IMG/VR virus record: IMGVR_UViG_3300023112_000009
Location: 32,001 to 96,000 of that record
DNA from: a virus
Length of the DNA: 64,000 nucleotides
Direction: 5' to 3' (one strand)
The stretch's first letter is position 1. Every line of letters starts with the position of its first letter. Below are positions 30,126-37,839 of this stretch, piece by piece. The notes below the pieces were generated by a model. The model saw only the letters and a program-made list of their open reading frames with translations, was not told where the DNA came from and made no database searches. The position numbers and the translations under genes are program-made.

Positions 30126-30698
30126 TCAGCTACCAGTGGTTTCAATACCATCTGCCACAGTGATAGCTTCTTCCTGTGCGACGGGGGTTTGAGGTTGTTT
30201 AGACGCTACGACTTCGGCCAACGCTTGTTCGCGTGTCAGGTCGCCAGCTTTAAACCTGACGTTTTGTTCACGAGACATACGAAAGCGATGCTTGGCTCCA
30301 GTGGCAGCTTCGGCTAGATCCGTAAAGTTTTTCAAAGTCAGTGCGGGATCAAGATACACCGAGTCAGGTACTTCGGGCTTGCGGCCTTGTAGTTTTTCTA
30401 GGCCACCGTTAGCCAAGAACTCTTGAAAGGCCCCTTCGCGGGTCAACGACATTGAATCGTTCCAGCCATCAATGATTTCAAGGGATTCTTTTACCCAATT
30501 GAACGGCTTGCCTTTGTTGTTACGGGAATTCTCAAGAACGTTAGCTGCATCTTCAATACTGAGTCCACTAAAGGTGGAACGAGCAGCAGCGTCAAGAGAG
30601 GTAAGTGCGATACGTGCAGCTTGATTTTTGGTCACTCGAAAACGAAAGCCCGTTTCCTTTGCGAAGTTGTCAAGCGTGAGGTTAGTTGTTGTTGTCAT
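30126..30698 (-). CDS. hypothetical protein with an internal duplicated motif
   Basis: LTLDNF..FRV..LTREGA repeated as LTLKNF..FRM..LTREQA. Confidence 0.65.
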   Translation of the reverse strand: MTTTTNLTLDNFAKETGFRFRVTKNQAARIALTSLDAAARSTFSGLSIEDAANVLENSRNNKGKPFNWVKESLEIIDGWNDSMSLTREGAFQEFLANGGLEKLQGRKPEVPDSVYLDPALTLKNFTDLAEAATGAKHRFRMSREQNVRFKAGDLTREQALAEVVASKQPQTPVAQEEAITVADGIETTGS

Positions 30699-30803
30699 GT
30701 GTTTACCTTTTACTGGGAGGAGTACATATACATTATGACACCTTGGCAGTAGAGTGTAAGGGGGATTCTTAAGTTTTCTACAGGCGTAAGTCTTTATCTA
30801 GCA

Positions 30804-31025
30804 TTAGGTTAGGTCAATGATCCTGTCGGCACATTCGATTGCTTGTGAGGTCAGATCAGACGTATCGAACTTCTCCTTTCTAGTGTTGGATAGCATACCA
30901 GAGAGAATCTGAGCAACCATCAGTCTCTTGAGGTCACGCTGTGATAGTATGGGCTTGAGAGATTTAATCTTAATCGGTTTTTGAAAAACCAGAGGAGTAG
31001 TAGATCTGGGATTTTTCCTACTCAT
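30804..31025 (-). CDS. hypothetical protein
   Basis: AQILSGMLSN...AIECADRII. Confidence 0.55.
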   Translation of the reverse strand: MSRKNPRSTTPLVFQKPIKIKSLKPILSQRDLKRLMVAQILSGMLSNTRKEKFDTSDLTSQAIECADRIIDLT

Positions 31026-31279
31026 GACATTCGGTGTTTCAATGCATTTCGTTTCCGTTCTTCTTCTTTATCTTTCAGCCAATCATTCCAACGAGTACAA
31101 TATATGCTAATCAGAGGTGCAACAAAGGCAAGTATAAACGTAACCGGGACAGCGAAGCAGCATAGGATTAATACTATCTCAGCCAAGATGAAAAATAATC
31201 CGAAGGAGCCTGGTACAGCGGGGTCAGCGTGTGCTAAAAACATCGCGATCAGCATTAGGGTGGGGTTTGATAGCCTCAA
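31022..31279 (-). CDS. membrane protein
   Basis: long hydrophobic segment. Confidence 0.45.
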   Translation of the reverse strand: MRLSNPTLMLIAMFLAHADPAVPGSFGLFFILAEIVLILCCFAVPVTFILAFVAPLISIYCTRWNDWLKDKEEERKRNALKHRMS

Positions 31280-31327
31280 TCGTGGTAGGCTGAATGATTA
31301 GTTCGCTCATAGTAAGTAAAAAGTGTG

Positions 31328-31414
31328 TGGTACAGGAAGGGGGACTCGAACCCCCACACCATTTCTGATACGAGATCCTAAATCTCGTGCGGCTACCAAT
31401 TACGCCATTCCTGC
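31328..31414 (-). tRNA. tRNA-Leu(UAG)
   Basis: GCAGGAA/TTCCTGT acceptor, CGAGA-TT TAG GA-TCTCG, long V arm, encoded CCA. Confidence 0.92.
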
Positions 31415-31507
31415 ATGGCTCTCTCCGACAGAAAAAATTTCTGTGGGATTCCTTCAGTTCGATTAACCTTTGATATTATCTATAGTTAGTGAATGTCGGA
31501 GAGAGTG

Positions 31508-31657
31508 TTATTCGTCTTCCAGGATTTCTTGGGCATCTGCATACCCTTCCCAGTTGTCAACGCCAGCAGCTTGTAGTGCCCGAAGGAACTGCTGATCTTC
31601 CAAGAGTTGTTCGTGCTCTGCACGAGTGAGAGTGACTGTTTCGTTTTGTTCGTTCAT
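31508..31657 (-). CDS. small phage protein (49 aa)
   Basis: LQAAGVDNWEGY motif; TATAAT just upstream. Confidence 0.65.
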   Translation of the reverse strand: MNEQNETVTLTRAEHEQLLEDQQFLRALQAAGVDNWEGYADAQEILEDE

Positions 31658-31673
31658 GACTACATTATACTCG

Positions 31674-31883
31674 TTATTGCTCGTGTGTCAAGTTATTCCA
31701 CTCAAAACTAGTAAATTTGGATCCTTCTTTTACAACCCAGGTGGCGTGTCCATTATCTACTGCTTCTTGACGAACTGAGTCTTTTCCAGCATCCATAATT
31801 GTGCCAATAACAGCAATGATAGAAAGTATTACTAATATTGCAAGGCCCAACGTTATTAGATTATCTTTAGTTTTATATTTCAT
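31674..31883 (-). CDS. single-pass membrane protein
   Basis: N-terminal TM segment. Confidence 0.55.
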   Translation of the reverse strand: MKYKTKDNLITLGLAILVILSIIAVIGTIMDAGKDSVRQEAVDNGHATWVVKEGSKFTSFEWNNLTHEQ

Positions 31884-31890
31884 AGTTATT

Positions 31891-31979
31891 TGGTGGGAGT
31901 GGTAGGATTTGAACCCACGACGGAGCTTTCGCTCATCCGGTTAAAAGCCGGGTATCTTCGGCCACTTGATTACACTCCC
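31891..31979 (-). tRNA. tRNA with Lys(UUU) anticodon and long variable arm
   Basis: GGGAGTG/CACTCCC, loop CT TTT AA, V arm GAGC-GAAA-GCTC, A73, CCA. Confidence 0.85.
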
Positions 31980-32008
31980 TTGACTTCATTCTTACGAACG
32001 AAGTGAGT

Positions 32009-32085
32009 TGGTACGGGCGGAAGGATTCGAACCCTCGTTTTTCAGCTTAGAAGGCTGATGCATTGGTCCACTATGCTACGCCCGC
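32009..32085 (-). tRNA. tRNA-Arg(UCU)
   Basis: TCAGC-CT TCT AA-GCTGA, canonical arms, CCA. Confidence 0.92.
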
Positions 32086-32114
32086 ATTTTCGCTTCGCTC
32101 AAAGAGCGAATGTT

Positions 32115-32194
32115 TGGTCGGCCCCCTGGGATTTGAACCCAGATCTGACGGATTAAGAGTCCGCCTCTTGCACCAATCCACAACCAACAGTCCG
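32115..32194 (-). pseudogene. degenerate tRNA-Lys(CUU)
   Basis: good anticodon arm (CT CTT AA), T arm and CCA, but the 5' acceptor and D arm pair poorly. Confidence 0.55.
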
Positions 32195-32235
32195 TTGTCT
32201 TGTCAACGTGCTTAAAGAACAACTGAATTGGATCC

Positions 32236-32694
32236 TTACGATTCATAATCCTCAATGTCTTTTGGAAAATGAAACCTTGTTAATGCTTCACCTATACCAA
32301 GGTCAAGAATGTGGTTTAGAAGTTTCGTGTTGTCTCCGTCGTACGGAGAGTCTAACAGGGTTCCAAACCAACCGTACCACTTTTCATCAAGAACTATTTC
32401 AACAGGCCCATTTGGGAGTCGTTCGAAATAACTAGACTCAACGCCAGCAGCAGGACGAATCTTGATCGTAATATCGCCCTTTCGTGACGTAGATGCTCGC
32501 GGCGTGGGGCGACTACCAACAGCACCAGCCGGAAGATCGTTGGCTTCCCTTAGGCGTAGTTCCAACGCTTTTTCAGCAGTCAGCCCCATTGCCATTTCTT
32601 CCTTAGTACGCTTGAAACGCTTAGCTCCCATCACTTCCTTGTAAGAAGCAATGTCGTGAATGAGAGTTGCCTGATGAGAGGAAATTTCGTTCAT
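32236..32694 (-). CDS. hypothetical protein
   Basis: ATG 5 nt after TATACT; RFKRTKEE resembles the motif in 30126-30698. Confidence 0.65.
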   Translation of the reverse strand: MNEISSHQATLIHDIASYKEVMGAKRFKRTKEEMAMGLTAEKALELRLREANDLPAGAVGSRPTPRASTSRKGDITIKIRPAAGVESSYFERLPNGPVEIVLDEKWYGWFGTLLDSPYDGDNTKLLNHILDLGIGEALTRFHFPKDIEDYES

Positions 32695-32699
32695 ACTCA

Positions 32700-32727
32700 A
32701 GTATAGCACGATTTTCGTGCTTGTCAA
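32700..32727 (-). promoter_or_regulatory. promoter with palindromic spacer
   Basis: TTGACA-AGCACGAAAATCGTGC-TATACT. Confidence 0.75.
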
Positions 32728-32735
32728 GTTTTATT

Positions 32736-32813
32736 TGGAGGTAAGTGTGGGATTTGAACCTACAATCGCCCGATTCGTAGTCGGGAGCCCTGGTCCAGTT
32801 AGGCCACGGGTGC
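32736..32813 (-). pseudogene. chimeric tRNA-Arg(ACG) with a non-pairing acceptor stem
   Basis: 5' GCACCCG vs 3' ACTTACC; intact D and anticodon arms (CT ACG AA). Confidence 0.65.
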
Positions 32814-32819
32814 ATGTGT

Positions 32820-32894
32820 TGGTTGGGAATACGGGACTTGAACCCATAGCCCTGGCTTATGAGGCCAGGATGTTGCCGATTACACCAATTCCCT
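32820..32894 (-). tRNA. tRNA-Met/Ile2(CAU)
   Basis: CTGGC-CT CAT AA-GCCAG; A1:A72 mismatch; CCA. Confidence 0.8.
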
Positions 32895-32899
32895 GTGTT

Positions 32900-33334
32900 C
32901 TATAGCCTTACGTTAACTTTCAGGCCGTTCGAGGTGTTGAATTGACTGCCGAAACCCGGATCACGGTACCAAGCTTGGAAGTAAATGGTATCACCAGGAG
33001 AAGCAAAGTCAAGTGTGGCTTGCCAGTTTTGTTCGCCGGTTGCAGAAGTGTACTTCGTGCCACCAATAAACTGAGAATATCCAGGATGGAGACAGAGCCA
33101 ACCATCACCGAAGGGGAGTTCCATGGGGACGGTGCCGTACATGATGCCGCAGTAACGATTGCCAACCATATTGGTGACATTCATACTACAGTCATCAAGA
33201 GCGAGACTGGAGGTGCCTTCTCCAACGATAACGGCTCCAATTCCCCAGGAGTTATCACCTGATTGGCAATAGGACTCGAAATCGGGGGTGTTGCCGCTCA
33301 TCAGAAGGGGGAGTGCTAGAAGGAGTGCTTTCAT
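32900..33334 (-). CDS. exported protein with FQAWYRDP C-terminal domain
   Basis: signal peptide; PFGDGWLCL...YFQAWYRDP..FNTSNGL. Confidence 0.7.
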   Translation of the reverse strand: MKALLLALPLLMSGNTPDFESYCQSGDNSWGIGAVIVGEGTSSLALDDCSMNVTNMVGNRYCGIMYGTVPMELPFGDGWLCLHPGYSQFIGGTKYTSATGEQNWQATLDFASPGDTIYFQAWYRDPGFGSQFNTSNGLKVNVRL

Positions 33335-33385
33335 ATTCAATAGAAGGGGTTAGGGGGTAAGTTGACTAATTATACCCTCAAGGGC

Positions 33386-34831
33386 TCAGTCTGTCAAGTA
33401 GGATTTCGGATTTGTGCAGTCGTAGTCCTGTGAAGATCCATTAACTCCACGACTTTCATTAGCTGCATTGAAATGCTCAAAACTATCATAACCAAAAATG
33501 CCAATATTGTACATACCATTGTATGGACGGTACATTTCATGGCCGTTGTGGTTAGAGTGATTTAGTGTTTCTGAATAATCAGGAACCCAAATCGGAAACG
33601 TGTTTCTAAAGTTTGCAAGAATGTCGTCCAGGCCAAGCTCTTCATAAACAGAAGCTAAAAGCTGTGCTTGGAATCCACGAGTCAAGGGAACGTCCCCCAT
33701 AACTTCAAAAATGTGTTGAGGTACGTTTTCGTCTCTCAAGCATACGCCATCTGGTGTGACCACACGACGAATAGCTGCAATGAAAAGTCGTCTCCACTTC
33801 TTACGCTCTCTGCGTCCTATGTACGGTGACACAGACAAGAAGCAACGAATTACATGATAGAAACCACGGTCAGCCCAGCGAGCCCCTTGGTTGGGTTCAG
33901 CAGAACGCATTCTCTTGGTTAACGACCAGAACAAGTTGTTGTAATCGTTATTTCCAGCGGCACCCTCAAGGTTCATCTTGCAGTCGTTCCAAACCCACTT
34001 CATGAACATGCGTGCAAATGGATCATAAGGAGCAAGCTGCCACGCCGCACGAATCATACGCCACAAGTGCGTGTAATCGTGAGCCTGATAGTGCATCAGC
34101 CATTCGCTATATTCACACCAGTTGTCGGGCCAACTGTTAAACTGAGGCAATTCATGCTGATATGTTCTACCAAGCCAGTACTTTTCATTAAGCTGTAATG
34201 GTTTACCATTTCTAGGCTTTAAACAAGCAATAGGTGAACGACAAACCTCGCCATAGAACTCAAGCGAACGAAGTTGGTATCCTTCTTTGCACTTGGTCCA
34301 ATCAGAGAAGGGGGCGATGCCCGCTCCACCGTGCGAATCACTGAGCGTGTGGAACTTATTCCAAAAAGGCTTATACGGCCCGTACGAGTCTTCGCTGCGG
34401 TTGTGATACTTGTCTATGGCAACCTTTGCTTTATGCGGCAGCCATTCCGGCACCCATTCCTCAGGAATGTGCTTGTAGTCCCTAACTTGGTCTGCGTCAG
34501 GTCCGGTAACAAAACGCTCGGCAATGATGCCGCGAGGACGGATCATGTGTTTGCCGCTATACTCGCGAACTTCTCCGTCTACCTCAATTTTAAGATTTGT
34601 GAAATACTTGGTTCCCTTGTTACGGAAACCATTAGCAATACTTACAACAACCTCAGTCGCGTCGAAGTTATTGTGCTGCGTTAATGTAATGTGTAACGCC
34701 TGACCCAGAAGTCTCTTATACTTCTGAGTCCATCGCAAGTATCTTTCTTTTCTCCAGTGTAGCCCGCCGCTTAAAACATACTCCTCACGGGAGCCGTCGC
34801 GGAGTTCCATACTTACTTTTATATCAAACAT
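33386..34831 (-). CDS. hypothetical protein (481 aa, aromatic-rich)
   Basis: long ORF, no recognised motif. Confidence 0.7.
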   Translation of the reverse strand: MFDIKVSMELRDGSREEYVLSGGLHWRKERYLRWTQKYKRLLGQALHITLTQHNNFDATEVVVSIANGFRNKGTKYFTNLKIEVDGEVREYSGKHMIRPRGIIAERFVTGPDADQVRDYKHIPEEWVPEWLPHKAKVAIDKYHNRSEDSYGPYKPFWNKFHTLSDSHGGAGIAPFSDWTKCKEGYQLRSLEFYGEVCRSPIACLKPRNGKPLQLNEKYWLGRTYQHELPQFNSWPDNWCEYSEWLMHYQAHDYTHLWRMIRAAWQLAPYDPFARMFMKWVWNDCKMNLEGAAGNNDYNNLFWSLTKRMRSAEPNQGARWADRGFYHVIRCFLSVSPYIGRRERKKWRRLFIAAIRRVVTPDGVCLRDENVPQHIFEVMGDVPLTRGFQAQLLASVYEELGLDDILANFRNTFPIWVPDYSETLNHSNHNGHEMYRPYNGMYNIGIFGYDSFEHFNAANESRGVNGSSQDYDCTNPKSYLTD

Positions 34832-34879
34832 GTTGCCATCCGTTCTATAAGAGGACCATCCCCCTTATAGAATAGTACC

Positions 34880-35383
34880 CTAGAAGGGCCAGATTTCAAG
34901 CTGATAATCGCTAACGTTGTTTAACGAGGTGATACCCACTACAAAGCCGTAATTGCTTTGCGGCACAGGAAATCCAGTAACCTGTAACGAGCCAGGGTCT
35001 CCAATGAAGGAGTATACCAAATCGTGTACAATGATGGTTTCGCCTTCGTCCTGAATGAGACTGCGACCCCACACATTAAGATTAAGCGTTGTGTCTGCTT
35101 CGCTGTCTAGTGCAAGGTTCATCAGAACTTCGTCCTGTGAAATAAACCAGTAGTAGTCTTGTTCTGTCGGGTCGGTGTCGCCACAAACGAAATACCTATC
35201 AGGAATCTCAAAGTGGCCAATGAACTGCGGTAGCGGCAGCGTGGATCCGCCAGTCTCCCAATCGGTGCAGTCTTCGTGAATCTGCGGAGGGTCGGGCGGT
35301 TCGTGGTTGGTCTGCGGGCTCTCTGTCTTCTGCTGATGGCAGCTAGCCAGCAGAAGTAGAACCGCTGTTAGTTTTCTTAGCAT
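34880..35383 (-). CDS. lipoprotein
   Basis: MLRK..LLLLAS-C lipobox; DYYWF beta-sandwich-like motif. Confidence 0.65.
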   Translation of the reverse strand: MLRKLTAVLLLLASCHQQKTESPQTNHEPPDPPQIHEDCTDWETGGSTLPLPQFIGHFEIPDRYFVCGDTDPTEQDYYWFISQDEVLMNLALDSEADTTLNLNVWGRSLIQDEGETIIVHDLVYSFIGDPGSLQVTGFPVPQSNYGFVVGITSLNNVSDYQLEIWPF

Positions 35384-35412
35384 CTTTATTCTTTATGGTC
35401 TTTCAGTAAAGG

Positions 35413-35489
35413 TGGTGGCCCTAGCGGGAGTCGAACCCGCAAACCTCCGATTTTAAGTCGGATCCATATGCCAATTCTGGTACAGGGCC
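35413..35489 (-). tRNA. tRNA-Leu(UAA) with short variable loop
   Basis: GGCCCTG/TAGGGCC, TCCGA-CT TAA AA-TCGGA, V loop GGTTT, CCA. Confidence 0.85.
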
Positions 35490-35497
35490 GAGTTGTT

Positions 35498-35571
35498 TGG
35501 TCAGGCTACTAGGAATCGAACCTAGACTGGATGTTCCCAAAACACCCGTGCGGCCATAACACTTTAGCCTG
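35498..35571 (-). tRNA. tRNA-Pro(UGG)
   Basis: CAGGCTA/TAGCCTG, loop TT TGG GA, CCA. Confidence 0.88.
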
Positions 35572-35578
35572 ATTGTAT

Positions 35579-35667
35579 TGGCTCATGGACTAGGATTCGA
35601 ACCTAGGATGGAGATTTCTCTCGTTGGGTTAACGGCCCAATGCCTTCGACCGCTCGGCCATCCATGA
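35579..35667 (-). tRNA. tRNA with Asn(GUU) anticodon, Ser-like D arm and long variable arm
   Basis: TCATGGA/TCCATGA, G73, D arm GCCGAGCGGTCGAAGGC, loop CC GTT AA, V arm GAGA-GAAA-TCTC. Confidence 0.85.
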
Positions 35668-35854
35668 ATGTTACTGTCTTCTGCACTTCAACAACTTGAC
35701 AGTTTCGAAGGCTGTGAAAACGGCTTTGTGCTTTACTCGCTTCGCTTCGTGAAGCGTAGCTGTTGACTGCTTCCGCAGGATGCCCAGAGGTCCATCCGTG
35801 ACGAACTCTAACGAATGATTCCGACTCAGGGCAGTAGATGATGAATCTGTTCAT
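35603..35854 (-). CDS. hypothetical protein whose 3' end overlaps the tRNA(GUU)
   Basis: ATG 6 nt after TATACT of its own promoter. Confidence 0.45.
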   Translation of the reverse strand: MNRFIIYCPESESFVRVRHGWTSGHPAEAVNSYASRSEASKAQSRFHSLRNCQVVEVQKTVTFMDGRAVEGIGPLTQREKSPS

Positions 35855-35860
35855 GTTCAA

Positions 35861-35888
35861 AGTATAGCACGATTCTCGTGCTAGTCAA
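35861..35888 (-). promoter_or_regulatory. promoter with palindromic spacer
   Basis: TTGACT-AGCACGAGAATCGTGC-TATACT, near-identical to 32700-32727. Confidence 0.75.
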
Positions 35889-35904
35889 GTGAATTTCAAG
35901 AAAA

Positions 35905-35980
35905 TGGAAGCGGGACTGGGACTTGAACCCAGACAGACAGGTTCAAAACCTCTCATGCTAACCGATTACATCATCCCGCT
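35905..35980 (-). tRNA. tRNA-Gln(UUG)
   Basis: AGCGGGA/TCCCGCT, loop TT TTG AA, CCA. Confidence 0.82.
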
Positions 35981-35985
35981 ATAGT

Positions 35986-36061
35986 TGGCAGCGGGACTGA
36001 GATTCGAACTCAGGTGACTGGGCTCAGAACCCAGCATACTAGACCGCTGTATGATCCCGCA
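35986..36061 (-). tRNA. tRNA-Gln(CUG)
   Basis: CTGGG-TT CTG AG-CCCAG, G73, CCA. Confidence 0.88.
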
Positions 36062-36131
36062 CTACTTACCATAAAAGGTCGAAACGCCCTTTCATGACTT
36101 GTTTCAGCTTACTTGTTTTCTTGTGTTGTAT

Positions 36132-36205
36132 TGGTAGGCAATGAGGGTAACGATCCCCCGTCTTCGGTATGTAACACCGACGTTCTTCCATTGAACTAAT
36201 CGCCC
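36132..36205 (-). tRNA. tRNA-Val(UAC)
   Basis: TCGGT-GT TAC AT-ACCGA; atypical T loop ATCGTTA; CCA. Confidence 0.8.
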
Positions 36206-36213
36206 GTGTGTGT

Positions 36214-36287
36214 TGGAGCCCCCACCAGGAATTGAACCAGGATTTCAAGTTTACAAAACTAGTGTTTTACCATTAAACTATAGGGGC
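36214..36287 (-). tRNA. tRNA-Thr(UGU)
   Basis: GCCCCTA/TGGGGGC, loop TT TGT AA, CCA. Confidence 0.85.
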
Positions 36288-36357
36288 TAATTTACGTGTT
36301 TCCAGGTTTTGCCTATCAATTTGGACAATTGATTAACTTTATTCCAAAATCTTTTCA

Positions 36358-36915
36358 TTATCTGTCATATGCCATTTGTAATCTCGTACGTACTTGATCC
36401 ATACCATCGTGAGCATTCACAAGATTTGGATTTTGTGTTGGACAATTCACTATCCCCAGTCCGCGTGGGCGATTTTGCAGCCAAAGCTCCATAAAAGGAA
36501 GATAGTCATCCACGAATACACGACCGTAAGCAATGCGTTTGTCGTCAGTGATATGTAGCGTGGCTTCGGGAAGATTCTCTCGTACCCAATCAACCTTCTC
36601 ACTCCAGGCTACTGAGCCTGTCGTGGGGCCTTTGGTAAGAACATGAATGTCAAATCCGATCTCGCGAGCGATATCGAGTACATCCCAACCCCATTGCAGC
36701 TTCGGAAGGTTACGCCAGAATCCAGGTTCCTTTTTGATTGCCTGGGCTCGTGCATACCAGTGATCGGGCATAGCCCACAGATTTTCAGGGATCTCTTCTT
36801 CTGGACCTTTCATGCGAAGCAAAGCTTCACGGAGCGGACCTTGAAAATTGACAAGGGTTTCGTCCATATCGAAGAGTGCGATCTTGTCACTATCGAACTT
36901 GGGTGCGTTCATCAT
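36358..36915 (-). CDS. HAD-family 5'(3')-deoxyribonucleotidase
   Basis: LFDMDETLV, FWRNLP, EKVDWV, FVDD; own TTGACA-N16-TATACT promoter. Confidence 0.85.
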   Translation of the reverse strand: MMNAPKFDSDKIALFDMDETLVNFQGPLREALLRMKGPEEEIPENLWAMPDHWYARAQAIKKEPGFWRNLPKLQWGWDVLDIAREIGFDIHVLTKGPTTGSVAWSEKVDWVRENLPEATLHITDDKRIAYGRVFVDDYLPFMELWLQNRPRGLGIVNCPTQNPNLVNAHDGMDQVRTRLQMAYDR

Positions 36916-36970
36916 GATATTTAGTATACCCTCGTTTTGACCGCTGTCAAACAGTACCGGGGGTATTATT

Positions 36971-37045
36971 TGGAACCGCATGCGAGGCTCGAACTCGCTT
37001 ATCAAACTTGGAAGGCTTGCGTGTCACCCGTTACACTTATGCGGC
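36971..37045 (-). tRNA. tRNA-Gly(UCC)
   Basis: loop CT TCC AA, U73, CCA. Confidence 0.85.
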
Positions 37046-37101
37046 ATATTCTTGTTTTCTCAAAAATGCTAGAAGCTTCTGAGATCCCCTTAAGGGGTGT
37101 A

Positions 37102-37181
37102 TGGTTGGCCCCGCAGGACTCGCACCTGCATTTCCTCCTGTAAATAGGAGGTGTCCTAGCTTGTTTTTAGACGAAAAGCCA
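37102..37181 (-). tRNA. atypical tRNA-like gene with an 8-nt anticodon loop (undetermined)
   Basis: CCTCC-TATTTACA-GGAGG; T loop TGCGAGT; CCA. Confidence 0.6.
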
Positions 37182-37579
37182 TTACTCAAAATCAATCAGA
37201 TCGCAGTGATTTTGGGTGTTTTCATATGATTTTCGATCATAAATGATCAGAATCTATTCGTTCGCAGTGATTCCTTCTCCTACGATGTTCGGTGACTGCT
37301 GTACTAGCTTCAAAGGATATTGTCCTTGAGTTTTGGCTTACCATGCCCAAGGACTCGCCTCCACCATTACAACTCACGGAGGTCGGCTCCGGTCTCTCCG
37401 AGACTAGGGGCTTTTGTTACGACTGTCATGTCGTTTCTACATCATGGGGCTTGTCGCCACCCCCACTAGCCACTAACAATGGCGTGTTCAAAAGCTAGAA
37501 AGGGTTTGCGGCCCTACGAGTTACCCTAGTTATCCTAGGTTCTAGGAAAGGCGTTACTGTTATCTCGCCTAGCTTGTAT

Positions 37580-37668
37580 TGGTGCCGCATCTGGGTAATG
37601 CTCCCAGCGGGGCCTTTACGGCCACGAGGGTTACAGCCTCGGCCCTCTCTTTAGGGGTCTACTACGAC
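37580..37668 (-). tRNA. tRNA-Tyr(GUA)
   Basis: CGAGG-CT GTA AC-CCTCG, long V arm, atypical T loop AGCATTA, CCA. Confidence 0.75.
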
Positions 37669-37760
37669 GTTCGCTCCGCTCACGGAGCTTGAAAATACAA
37701 TATCCACGAACTAGATTTTGCCTTCGACAGTTACTAAAGCTGTCTGAATATTGCATTGTT

Positions 37761-37836
37761 TGGGGTACATAATGGGGTTTGAACCCATGCCGTCTCAGTC
37801 ACAGTGAGATATGCTGCCACCTACACCATATGCACC
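37761..37836 (-). tRNA. tRNA-His(GUG)
   Basis: G-1:C73 8-bp acceptor, loop CT GTG AC, CCA. Confidence 0.92.
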
Positions 37837-37839
37837 ATA

